A stretch of DNA of 64,000 bases from Pseudobdellovibrionaceae bacterium (GTDB taxonomy: Bacteria; Bdellovibrionota; Bdellovibrionia; Bdellovibrionales; Bdellovibrionaceae), in assembly GCA_039810425.1 (NCBI GenBank), contig JBDHWW010000015.1, forward strand, positions 1 to 64,000. The letters run 5' to 3'. Made by a program: the position numbers and the translations under genes. This document shows positions 56,257-64,000 of the stretch, piece by piece. Under the pieces are notes generated by a model. It made no database searches, was not told where the DNA came from, and saw only the letters and a program-made list of their open reading frames with translations. How positions within the stretch are numbered: the first letter of the stretch is position 1; each line of letters begins with the position of its first letter.

Positions 56257-56875
56257 TCTCCACCCCCGTGAAACTGGTCTCCATGATTTTTGCCTTCAGG
56301 TAGATGCAAACTTCGTCATAGATTTCTTGAGGGCATTTGATTTTGATCGTGGCTGTGATGCCATCGAGATTTTCTGAAGTCTTATCGACGGATTCAGTTC
56401 CGGTCTCCCACCCCCCGAAAAGTCGATCCAGTTCCTCCTCATCAAACATGGTCAGTTCTTTGTCGAAGCCTTCGGCCTCAAGCTCCGTCATCCATTCGGT
56501 CAACTGCGGAAAGTCCCAATCACCAGCTCCTTTATTCGCGGCAATGTTGGCGGCTTTTTCCTTCGTCTCACTCCATTGGACTTCACGGTAGGCGAACTCT
56601 TCGCCATCTATTTCAATGAACCCCTCGGCCACAGTTCCGGTGCGCGTGGGTTTATCAAATGTTTTTCGGAGCGTGATCTTTGCGTCAGGAGACAGAACTT
56701 TGACCCGTTGATGCCCCCCAACGAGTTGTCCTGTCTTTCGGTTGAAAATGATGCCGGAGAGATCCCCGAACTCTGCCAATGCTTTTTTCAGCATCTCAAG
56801 TTTTTGGTCGGTCACTCTGCGCGGATTCTTCGGATTCCCAGGGAGTTGAGCTAAGGAAGTTCTTTTTGATTTCAT
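56249..56875 (-). CDS. ParB/Srx-like N-terminal domain protein
   Basis: NPKNPR, L.EFG, LVGGHQR, NIAANK..GDWD. Confidence 0.82.
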   Translation of the reverse strand: MKSKRTSLAQLPGNPKNPRRVTDQKLEMLKKALAEFGDLSGIIFNRKTGQLVGGHQRVKVLSPDAKITLRKTFDKPTRTGTVAEGFIEIDGEEFAYREVQWSETKEKAANIAANKGAGDWDFPQLTEWMTELEAEGFDKELTMFDEEELDRLFGGWETGTESVDKTSENLDGITATIKIKCPQEIYDEVCIYLKAKIMETSFTGVEIV

Positions 56876-56886
56876 CAGATACCTCT

Positions 56887-57126
56887 TTAGTCGTGGCCGT
56901 TGCCAGAGTCTGAGATCACCCCGTGACGTTTAGCTTTTGAAATGAGAGTTGTTCGATTCAGTCCAAGCGCGTGAGCCGCGTGAGTGCGGTTCCCTTGACT
57001 TCGCTCCATCGCTTTTTCTAGCAAAGTGGCTTGGAACTTCTCCAAGACATCTGGAAGGTTCAGAGGGAGCTTTACTGATATTGTGATTTCATCATCGCCG
57101 TTAAAATTTAAACTGTTAGTTTCCAT
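56887..57126 (-). CDS. Stand-alone Fis-family HTH protein
   Basis: AMERSQGNRTHAAHALGLNRTTLISK. Confidence 0.8.
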   Translation of the reverse strand: METNSLNFNGDDEITISVKLPLNLPDVLEKFQATLLEKAMERSQGNRTHAAHALGLNRTTLISKAKRHGVISDSGNGHD

Positions 57127-57141
57127 ACACTGTCGAGTTTC

Positions 57142-57180
57142 GCGCAGCTAAATTTTCAACGTCACCGCGTATTTTTCGAC
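57142..57180 (-). promoter_or_regulatory. Tandem late-gene motifs (20-bp period)
   Basis: GCGCAGCTAAATTTTCAAC 57142-57160 and TCACCGCGTATTTTTCGAC 57162-57180. Confidence 0.6.
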
Positions 57181-57419
57181 ACCATTTCTGACTTCTACTC
57201 GTTGGCCCTATGAGATGAATCGTCATCTGAAATCAAAAAACAGATGAGCGATTTTCAAACGCAAAAGCAGTTCCGAATTTATCCTTGGGCGGGAAAATTA
57301 TTTTTAAATTTTACCGCGAGTCGTCGGCGTCGAACTCTCAACTGTCGAATCAGGAACATTATGCGCGCCACTCATCGCTGACAGAATGGATTTCAAATTC
57401 ATTCACAAGGAGGATGAGC

Positions 57420-58145
57420 GTGAAATATATGATGTCACTTTTTTTATTGATCGGTTTGCTATGGCTTGTAGAGCAGAACGAAAGTTTTGCGATGTCGAGG
57501 AAGGTGCCCACGACACCTATTGAGGCGAAGCCGACGCCAATACCTGAAAAGCCCGTTGAGAAATTGGCACTGAGTTGGGAGAAGAATCACCCCGAAAGAA
57601 AAGAGTGGAGCGCCTTCGTTTCAGAACTCTTAAGTGCTGAACTGTTTGAAGCGTTCGACTTAGCAAAGGACGCGACCAGAATCTGTCCGAAGTATGAGAC
57701 TCTTGCGAGGGATCAAAGGATTGCGGTTTGGAGTGAGTTGATTTCGGCCACGGCCTACTATGAAAGTGGGTGGAGTCCAGTCAGTCGGATGACTGAAACG
57801 ACGATGGGTACAGATCCCGTGACGAAGAAGCAAGTTGTCAGCGAGGGACTGCTTCAGTTGAGCTATCAAGATGTTCCGAATTATGGTGCGGTCTTGAAAT
57901 ATCCGCTTTGTCGTATTGAATGGCAGAAGGATAAAGCTCTTGAAGTCACCAGTTCAAAAAAGACGATTCTTGATCCACTCATAAACTTAGAGTGCGGAAT
58001 GCGAATCCTGGCGAATCAGATTAAAAAGAAGGGAAACGTGATTTTAGCGAGCGGCGTTTATTGGGCCGTTCTTCGTGATGGTGGGAAGTATTCAAAAGTG
58101 CCTGCCATCATTGGCAAGGTCAGACAGACCGGATTGTGTCTTTAA
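57420..58145 (+). CDS. Secreted SLT-domain lytic transglycosylase
   Basis: AGGAGG before GTG 57420; signal peptide; YES, SEGLLQLS, DP..NL.CG..IL. Confidence 0.8.
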   Translation: MKYMMSLFLLIGLLWLVEQNESFAMSRKVPTTPIEAKPTPIPEKPVEKLALSWEKNHPERKEWSAFVSELLSAELFEAFDLAKDATRICPKYETLARDQRIAVWSELISATAYYESGWSPVSRMTETTMGTDPVTKKQVVSEGLLQLSYQDVPNYGAVLKYPLCRIEWQKDKALEVTSSKKTILDPLINLECGMRILANQIKKKGNVILASGVYWAVLRDGGKYSKVPAIIGKVRQTGLCL

Positions 58146-58150
58146 GTTTG

Positions 58151-58170
58151 GGCGTTCTAAAAAGAACGCC
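58151..58170. terminator. Hairpin between convergent genes
   Basis: GGCGTTCT-aaaa-AGAACGCC. Confidence 0.5.
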
Positions 58171-58205
58171 TCGGGAATCCGTCCCCAAGGTATTCTAAGG
58201 GTGAT

Positions 58206-58439
58206 TTAGTCTTTCTTCTTCACCCCCTCATTTGCAATCACTGACGAAACAGCTTCACTCTGATCTTTCGGAAGTCTTTTGATTTCTTGATCCAATGACG
58301 TTTCAACGTAAATTGAGATCCTTTTCTTATCGACCTTCAGAATCCTGATGACCGTTTCACCGACGAGAATCGTCTCTCCGGGATAACGGCTCAGCACAGC
58401 GACGCGCTTCTGTTTTTCAGTTTTCTTGTTTTCGCTCAT
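58206..58439 (-). CDS. CsrA/RsmA-like RNA-binding protein
   Basis: VLSRYPGETILVGETVIRIL...ISIYVET..D..IKR follows the CsrA LTR..GE.I.IG...V.IG..AP....R pattern. Confidence 0.7.
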   Translation of the reverse strand: MSENKKTEKQKRVAVLSRYPGETILVGETVIRILKVDKKRISIYVETSLDQEIKRLPKDQSEAVSSVIANEGVKKKD

Positions 58440-58462
58440 GGCGTTCCTCTTTCCGCCTTGGT

Positions 58463-58945
58463 TTAAAAAACTGCGGAATTGCGGTTTTTGCCCAAGGCTA
58501 GAGGTGCCCCATGCAGTCGAAGCTGAATTAAGGTAAACAAAACATAGTTATTTTTTATGATTAGGATTTTCTGCTGAAGAGAAGGCCGCTTGAACGTGCC
58601 TTTCCAGATGTGAAGTGTTGCGGGTCCGTAATGTTCCCAGAGACGTTTTTTGATTTTCCAGTCTGTTGTTTCTTGTCCTTTGGCCTCAACAAAAAAAACT
58701 TCGTTGGATCTGAGATCAAGACATTTGAAATCTGGGATGTAGAGAATTTTTGCTTCGGTCAAATACACACGAGGCTGAACTTCAAGAATCTGAAGAATGC
58801 CTGTTCTTGAAAGATTCTTGAGTTCTAAATAAACTGCGGCCTCAAGCTTTGAGGCAAAAGATTTTCCGTCGATGTTCACACGACGATTCTTTAACTTTGA
58901 TCTTTTAGCAAAACGGCTTGTAAAGTGGCCGTCCCTGGCCTTCAT
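58463..58945 (-). CDS. DUF1064-like PD-(D/E)xK endonuclease
   Basis: IDG..FASKLEA..Y, Y.PDF, VEAKG. Confidence 0.82.
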   Translation of the reverse strand: MKARDGHFTSRFAKRSKLKNRRVNIDGKSFASKLEAAVYLELKNLSRTGILQILEVQPRVYLTEAKILYIPDFKCLDLRSNEVFFVEAKGQETTDWKIKKRLWEHYGPATLHIWKGTFKRPSLQQKILIIKNNYVLFTLIQLRLHGAPLALGKNRNSAVF

Positions 58946-59019
58946 GCGGACTCCCTCCTGAAGTGCAGGTACGCGCCAAGGGCGCGACCCCTTCAGGATA
59001 GAATCCTTAGAAGGAAAGT

Positions 59020-59038
59020 TCGCCGTATAGTTTTCGAC
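59020..59038 (-). promoter_or_regulatory. Late-gene motif copy upstream of the DUF1064/csrA unit
   Basis: TCGCCGTATAGTTTTCGAC; TATCCT 19 nt downstream on the minus strand. Confidence 0.55.
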
Positions 59039-59040
59039 GG

Positions 59041-59065
59041 TTAAGAATTCTTAAGTCCTCTTAAG
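59041..59065. repeat. 10-bp-phased TTAAG repeats
   Basis: TTAAG at 59041, 59051, 59061. Confidence 0.55.
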
Positions 59066-59216
59066 TTTAAATGAACTTAAATGGTTTATTTAATGAAAAC
59101 TAAATAGAAAACCGTTTTGCTATGCGACGAACCAATCAAGTTGATTGATTTTAGAGTCTTTTGATTTATCTTGCTATCCCATTACGGCATAAAAATATCA
59201 TTATTGGGCAAAACGA

Positions 59217-60080
59217 ATGAAGAAACTTAAAGCCATTCCACTTCCTGATGCCGCCTTGTCTATTGAAAAGGTGCAAGGTCCCGACGTGGTTGCCGGTTTT
59301 CGTTTTTCAATTGATTCATCTTTTCGGATGGAATGGTCCGAGTGTGAGAACGGGATTCTTATTGTGGTTGAATCCGGTCTGCTCTCGACAAGAACGGATA
59401 ACGAGTGTGTTGTCTATTCTTCGGGAATGCTGATCTATGTTCCGCCAGGTGTGATTTTCCGCTCGGAAGTCCTCACGGAAAAAGTCGAAGGTTATTATAT
59501 CAATATCCCAGGAGACCGTTCGGTTCTTGCACCCAACAAAATTCACGTCTTGAAACCTTCAAGTTTGATATTGAGGATCGCCGGAGAAATCACTCGTTGG
59601 GGACCGATCATGAGTCACAACAAAACGGCAGCGCAGAAGCGGCTTGTTTTAACTTTCCTCGATCAGCTTGAAACGCTTCAAAGCGTCCGTCATTTAATTG
59701 TTCCGATGCCAACGTCATCGGCTCTCTGTATTGTCGTCGCTCGGATTTTAAATGACCCCGCAGATAAGAACGGACTTGATTACTGGGCCGATGTTGCCGG
59801 GATGTCACGGCGGTCTTTCACGGATTACTTTCTCAAGGAAACTGGTCTGTCGTTTTCCATTTGGCGGCAGCGAGCGAAAGTTTATGAGGGAATCAAATTG
59901 CTTTTGCTGGGAAAGAGCGTGACGGAAGTGGCCGCGGAACTGAATTATCCAACCACGAGCGCGTTTTCAGAGAGTTTTCGATTTCAAGTTGGCATCTCGC
60001 CGAAGCAATTTATCTTGAGAGAAAAAGACCAGATGTTGCAGCAGGAATCGGCACAATTTAAAACGCGAAAGAAGTCGTAA
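59217..60080 (+). CDS. AraC-family regulator, paralog of 40631-41455
   Basis: DYWA...GMSRRSFTD.FLKE.GLSF..WR; SAF...F....GISP. Confidence 0.9.
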   Translation: MKKLKAIPLPDAALSIEKVQGPDVVAGFRFSIDSSFRMEWSECENGILIVVESGLLSTRTDNECVVYSSGMLIYVPPGVIFRSEVLTEKVEGYYINIPGDRSVLAPNKIHVLKPSSLILRIAGEITRWGPIMSHNKTAAQKRLVLTFLDQLETLQSVRHLIVPMPTSSALCIVVARILNDPADKNGLDYWADVAGMSRRSFTDYFLKETGLSFSIWRQRAKVYEGIKLLLLGKSVTEVAAELNYPTTSAFSESFRFQVGISPKQFILREKDQMLQQESAQFKTRKKS

Positions 60081-60095
60081 CGAATCTTGAGACCC

Positions 60096-60323
60096 TTAAT
60101 CGTGGTCAACCAAAACAGCCGTTAAGCGTGTAGAGTCCGCATCGTCGCCAGCTTTCTTGTATTCCCCAAGGGCTTGCTTTGCAGCCTCCGAAGTACGCTC
60201 CTGAACAGATACAATTTCAAGATTATAAATATCGGCAAACCCTTCCTCATCAAGACCCCGAGTGACGACAAGCATCTCGGGGTCAAAGGCTCTCAGCTTT
60301 TCAATGAGGTCTTTCACTTTCAT
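60096..60323 (-). CDS. Small phage hypothetical protein
   Basis: MKVKDLIEKL..FDPEM.V motif; ATGA coupling. Confidence 0.65.
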   Translation of the reverse strand: MKVKDLIEKLRAFDPEMLVVTRGLDEEGFADIYNLEIVSVQERTSEAAKQALGEYKKAGDDADSTRLTAVLVDHD

Positions 60324-61123
60324 TTTTTATTCCTCTTAAAAATGTAGAGCCTGTCGTGCAGACCCCACCAAACCGGAATCTCGATGGATTCGACTTCGTG
60401 AAAATGTTCTTCAAGGTGATCGAAAAACTTGTCATCGCCATTGCATCCACCTTTGTCTTCGCCCACGAAAATCACTGTGTCTCCCTTGTAACTCTTCAAA
60501 CACTTATAGGCCATTGTCTCCCCGTAGGGCGGCCAACACAGAAAAAGAGCGCGGTCTGGGTGGCGAGCTGCTGACTTTTCATCGCCTTGAATCACTTCAA
60601 ACCATCGGTGATGGAAGTTCGTCGGGCCGCTAAGTGCGTAGCGATTTTCTTTTTCGATGTCGTAGGCAATAATATCGCAGCCCATCTGACTCAGAAGATG
60701 CGCCCAGTATCCGCTTCCAGCGCCGACTTCAACAATCGGTCCTTCTTTCGTGATGGCCTCAAGCGCCGCCTTGCAGGGAATGGCCCAAGCGTATTTGTAA
60801 ACGTAACGTCGCCGTGCAACCGTCATCAGCATTCCGTATTTGATTCCAGCCTGTGAAAACATATCGTCTCGAATACTCATTTCATCTTCATCAACAAGCA
60901 TGAAAACGTCCCGCAAATAAGGATTCATTTCTTCTTTGGATTCAAAGATCGGCGGTTTTTTGGGAGGATTGTATCCTGACCTTTCAAATTTCGGGACTGC
61001 CCAGTCTGGGGCTCTAGGGAAAGTCTCTTCGTAAAACTTTTTGATCGCTTGAGGAGTGAAATCGCGCTCAATGCAAAGTGTGCTTACGTCATCTGGATCT
61101 GGCTTTATGTTTTTCGATTTCAT
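60320..61123 (-). CDS. Class I SAM-dependent methyltransferase-like protein
   Basis: IVEVGAGSGYWA motif I, AYD, LFLCWPPY. Confidence 0.72.
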   Translation of the reverse strand: MKSKNIKPDPDDVSTLCIERDFTPQAIKKFYEETFPRAPDWAVPKFERSGYNPPKKPPIFESKEEMNPYLRDVFMLVDEDEMSIRDDMFSQAGIKYGMLMTVARRRYVYKYAWAIPCKAALEAITKEGPIVEVGAGSGYWAHLLSQMGCDIIAYDIEKENRYALSGPTNFHHRWFEVIQGDEKSAARHPDRALFLCWPPYGETMAYKCLKSYKGDTVIFVGEDKGGCNGDDKFFDHLEEHFHEVESIEIPVWWGLHDRLYIFKRNKK

Positions 61124-61131
61124 GTGACTTC

Positions 61132-61986
61132 CTATTTTAGCAATTCGTGCTTTTCTAAAAACTCGTTTATCTCTTTGATGATTTCCAAAATATCCGCGTT
61201 CAATTCCGCAGCCGTGGTTTCAGCAAGGGTTCCACGATAGGCGTTCCAGTAAGCCTGAAGCTTCTTCGTGTCTTCGGCAGGAATGTCGATAGGACCAATT
61301 GCCGTTCCGCGATTCGTGAACGTGTCTTGAATTGCAGACTTCGCTTTCGGAATTTCGACGATCTCCCCCCGCATAAGGAAGATCAAATCGTGATAGTCTT
61401 TCATGCGGCTGTTTTCTTGCGAGCGAGCGATTGCGGTTTGCAGCTTTTCGGCAAAGATGGACTCTACCGGATAGGCCCATAGCTCGATGTCTTTTTCAAA
61501 GAGTGGGGCTTTGTCCGTGCTCAGAAGGCGCATCGTGATTTCTGTCGGCTTCACGGCATCACCGACGCCCACGTCGATGAAAATTTTCGTTCGCGTTTTC
61601 CCCAGGTGAGCAACGACTGAAACAGAATAACCAGGATATTGCATGTGAGTGTGCGAGAGAAGCTGCACATCCAGCGACTCAAATGTGAATCCGTCATCAA
61701 TGGAAATGGCCGCGACTTCACCGAGATAACTTTTTACGTCCTCGATGCTGCCTTGGAGATCCCTCAAAAGAAAATCCAAGTCTTTTGTTTGACGTTGCAG
61801 ATCCGTATATCTTGCAAGGCACATGGCACCTTTAAAAATAAAATTCTTCCGATATTTCGATTGAGCCAAACGAGCCAGCCAGCGTTCAAGGACGACTTCT
61901 TGCCAGACCTCCCCGAAAGTTCTCCCGTGTTGGTCCGCAATCTTTTTCACGCGGTCTTTGACGGATTGTTCTTTGCCCTGACTCAT
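61132..61986 (-). CDS. abiEii: AbiEii nucleotidyltransferase toxin (type IV TA)
   Basis: FIFKGA, RQTKDLDF, AEKL, NSRMKDYHD. Confidence 0.9.
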   Translation of the reverse strand: MSQGKEQSVKDRVKKIADQHGRTFGEVWQEVVLERWLARLAQSKYRKNFIFKGAMCLARYTDLQRQTKDLDFLLRDLQGSIEDVKSYLGEVAAISIDDGFTFESLDVQLLSHTHMQYPGYSVSVVAHLGKTRTKIFIDVGVGDAVKPTEITMRLLSTDKAPLFEKDIELWAYPVESIFAEKLQTAIARSQENSRMKDYHDLIFLMRGEIVEIPKAKSAIQDTFTNRGTAIGPIDIPAEDTKKLQAYWNAYRGTLAETTAAELNADILEIIKEINEFLEKHELLK

Positions 61987-62564
61987 GTAAGTGCCGCCAG
62001 GTAAGGGCTGATATTCACGCGAAGCTCACGCGCATATCTTCCAAGTTTTGCGATGTCAGGCTTATGGTCTTTTGTCATTTTTAGATACTCCTTGAGCGAG
62101 TGGATGGCTGATTCAATTGAAAGATAACGAAAGGCATCCACGACACTTCGCTCTCGGTCGAAAATAAAAGTTTGATACTTGTCCACCTTCAGCGGAACTC
62201 TTCCGAGCTCAAGGTTACGCATTCGGAGGATCTTCGTTTTGGGCCGCCGCGGAGTCCCCCCAGAGTGAGGGACGGCAATCCAAAGCTGCCGAGGAATCTC
62301 AAGGGTCAGTCCGTAATAACTCAGGGCTGAAACCCCGCAGATAGTTCCCTCGGGAATACTCTGAGCCGTTTCGAGCAGGTCCTGAATCTCGAAAGGTGCA
62401 GAGGTGGCGACATTAGGATTGCGATAAACCCCGCGAGCAATGCGCTCAAGGACTCCGGTTTTCACATAGTAAGGCAGCACATGGGGATCGACCCCGTGGG
62501 CTTTGGCCTCTTTGCCGGTGAATGATGGGAGCTCCAGGAGCTTTTTAAATTCTGGTCTGTTCAT
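61983..62564 (-). CDS. abiEi: AbiEi antitoxin (winged HTH)
   Basis: G.LERIARGVY, IC..SAL.YYGLT..IP, ERSVVD; ATGA coupling to the toxin. Confidence 0.9.
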   Translation of the reverse strand: MNRPEFKKLLELPSFTGKEAKAHGVDPHVLPYYVKTGVLERIARGVYRNPNVATSAPFEIQDLLETAQSIPEGTICGVSALSYYGLTLEIPRQLWIAVPHSGGTPRRPKTKILRMRNLELGRVPLKVDKYQTFIFDRERSVVDAFRYLSIESAIHSLKEYLKMTKDHKPDIAKLGRYARELRVNISPYLAALT

Positions 62565-62571
62565 GTTCTTA

Positions 62572-62723
62572 ATTTTACGAAATGCCCCCAGTGAAGTCAA
62601 GTGGGTGCAGTTCGTAAATAGGCCAGTCATAGTAAAATCAATCACTTAGCCTCCGTTTCTCGACTTGAGACGACCTTTTTTACGATTCCAACCCAAAGTC
62701 TTGAAGTGGGTGTAATTCGTAAA
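62572..62723 (-). promoter_or_regulatory. abiE promoter TTGACT-17-TAAAAT and two operator inverted repeats
   Basis: 17-bp arms, 11-bp spacer: 62574-62618 and 62679-62723. Confidence 0.75.
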
Positions 62724-62741
62724 ATGGGCATTTTACCACCC

Positions 62742-63608
62742 TTAAACCCTTCCATGGAGATCCCTTAGCCTTTCAGCAAGCACGTCACGACGGCGGTCTC
62801 GGGCCTTGAGGGTGACTGGAATACAGAGACCCAAAAGCCGCGAGGTCAATCGCTCGTGCATGAGGTTCTTCACTTCGCCCGTGGCAAGATTCGTGGTCAC
62901 GAAAGTTGGAAGTTCCCAGTTAAGCCGCCGATCCAAAATCTGGAAAAGACGTTCTGTCTCCCAGGGCTTTCCTTGCTGAGTTCCCAAGTCATCAAGAAAA
63001 AGCACGTCGGCGTTGAGCGCATCTTGAAACGTGGGCTCCGCTCGGTCCTCGCGCGCAAAGTCCTTCGTGATCTGATCGAACAAAAAGGGCACGGACCACC
63101 AGACCATGTGAGGCACTTTTTCGGTGGACGCTTCAAAATAGCGGTGAACAAAAGATCCCATGAGGTGACTCTTGCCGCTACCGGGAGGCCCCTGAAACCA
63201 AAAGCCATAGTGATCCGTTGGCCGCCATCGCTTCACAAGTTCCAACTCTCGCGCGCAATCCGGGTCCACTTGAAAACTTGAAAGCGTTTTAGCCATCACG
63301 TTGCCCGGAAAGCCTGAGCGTTTCAGGACGTGATTGATTTCTTGTTTTCGCCGAATGGCGGCCGCCGCGTGCGCGCGCTCGCGCATTCTGGATTCACAGT
63401 TGAGGTGCGTGATGGGCCGCCACGCAAGACGTGACAAAACCGTGCGCGGAAGCGCGGAGGAGTCCTTTGCCGAAAACTCGGGGTTCTTTTCGTACTGAAA
63501 AACCTCGCCGCATTCAGGGCACCGATCCTGTGGGGTTTCCAGGTCATCGGCACTGGAAACAATGATCGGAGTGAACGCCTTAGCCATTGGCTGCATTGAC
63601 GCCTCCAA
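62742..63608 (-). CDS. DnaC/IstB-like AAA+ helicase loader
   Basis: GPPGSGKSH, LFLDDLG, R......PTFVTTN, R..SRL; N-term CxxC. Confidence 0.88.
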   Translation of the reverse strand: MEASMQPMAKAFTPIIVSSADDLETPQDRCPECGEVFQYEKNPEFSAKDSSALPRTVLSRLAWRPITHLNCESRMRERAHAAAAIRRKQEINHVLKRSGFPGNVMAKTLSSFQVDPDCARELELVKRWRPTDHYGFWFQGPPGSGKSHLMGSFVHRYFEASTEKVPHMVWWSVPFLFDQITKDFAREDRAEPTFQDALNADVLFLDDLGTQQGKPWETERLFQILDRRLNWELPTFVTTNLATGEVKNLMHERLTSRLLGLCIPVTLKARDRRRDVLAERLRDLHGRV

Positions 63609-64000
63609 CTTCCCCCAGAGTCTCGGTTTTGATTTTCTCGATTACGGCATCAAGGTCTTCTTCGCGCTCATGAGCTCCGGCAGGCCGAGTATATCCCCCC
63701 TTCGAGAAAGACGAATTGCTCGGAAGCCTTGACGTGTGGTCATCCCACCCCCGCGACAGCCAGTTTCCCAGGAACCGAGGGAAGTTTTTCTTTCGCTTGT
63801 GGGGGTTCATCGTTTCCCAGGCGAGAGCCTTGAACACTTGCTGCGCGACCCATTTCGGATCGGGATACGCATCAAGCAGAGCTTGCTGAGTTTCGATGGG
63901 AACTTTACGTTGAAGAAATGTCAGCTCAAGTTTGGATTCAGGATCAAAAGGCCGAAGGGCTTCAGCGAGAAGGCTCGGCATTTCCGGTGCCGAGCTATCA
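63580..64000 (-). CDS. Replication initiator, C-terminal part (5' end outside window)
   Basis: Frame open to the edge; W...NP.KRK...RFL.NWL.R motif; upstream of the DnaC-like gene. Confidence 0.6.
   Translation of the reverse strand, partial: DSSAPEMPSLLAEALRPFDPESKLELTFLQRKVPIETQQALLDAYPDPKWVAQQVFKALAWETMNPHKRKKNFPRFLGNWLSRGWDDHTSRLPSNSSFSKGGYTRPAGAHEREEDLDAVIEKIKTETLGEVGGVNAANG

Larger units (their letters stand above)
14..64000. mobile_element. Temperate contractile-tailed prophage (right end beyond window), carrying a metal-resistance cargo block
   Basis: Ordered integrase, cro/cI, lysis, baseplate/sheath/tube, head, terminase, DNA-modification and replication modules. Confidence 0.93.

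Noticed and set aside
57213..57248. Overlapping AGATGA/TCATCT inverted repeats
   Set aside because: Short, occur once, and no function can be assigned from sequence.
31431..58553. Exact 15-mer AAAACATAGTTATTT at 31431 and 58539
   Set aside because: AT-rich; a few exact 15-mer repeats are expected by chance in 64 kb, and the contexts are unrelated.

Overview
The window is almost entirely a temperate contractile-tailed (myovirus-type) prophage, mostly encoded on the minus strand. From left to right it has a serine integrase and recombination genes (14-4449), a cro/cI-like switch (4516-5460), morons, a lysis cassette (8357-10569), a GT9 glycosyltransferase, and tail-fibre, baseplate, tail and head genes (11651-30437). 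After the terminase (51218-53090) come a complete preQ0 7-deazaguanine pathway (folE-queE-queD-queC) with a TGT/DpdA-like enzyme and a ParB-like protein (53149-56875). Then follow Fis-like, SLT, CsrA-like, AraC, methyltransferase-like and AbiE genes, and a DnaC-like loader plus replication protein running off the right edge. A ~20.6 kb metal and fluoride resistance cargo block with no transposase or integrase separates terL from the portal. It carries an RcnR-type repressor, a bacterial ferroportin, a Czc-type RND pump with a miniature adaptor, HupE/UreJ, two CueR copies, a multicopper oxidase, a CopA P1B-ATPase, a CDF and a fluoride-riboswitch-controlled CLC-F. The ferroportin and SLT resemble Bdellovibrionota proteins, so the host assignment is an inference. 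Non-coding signals read by eye include a 19-bp motif upstream of late genes (including the portal), leaderless promoters for several regulators, a -1 frameshift in the tail chaperone, paired AbiE operators 105 bp apart, and two 10-bp-phased repeat arrays. All product calls come from motif recognition; no searches were run.
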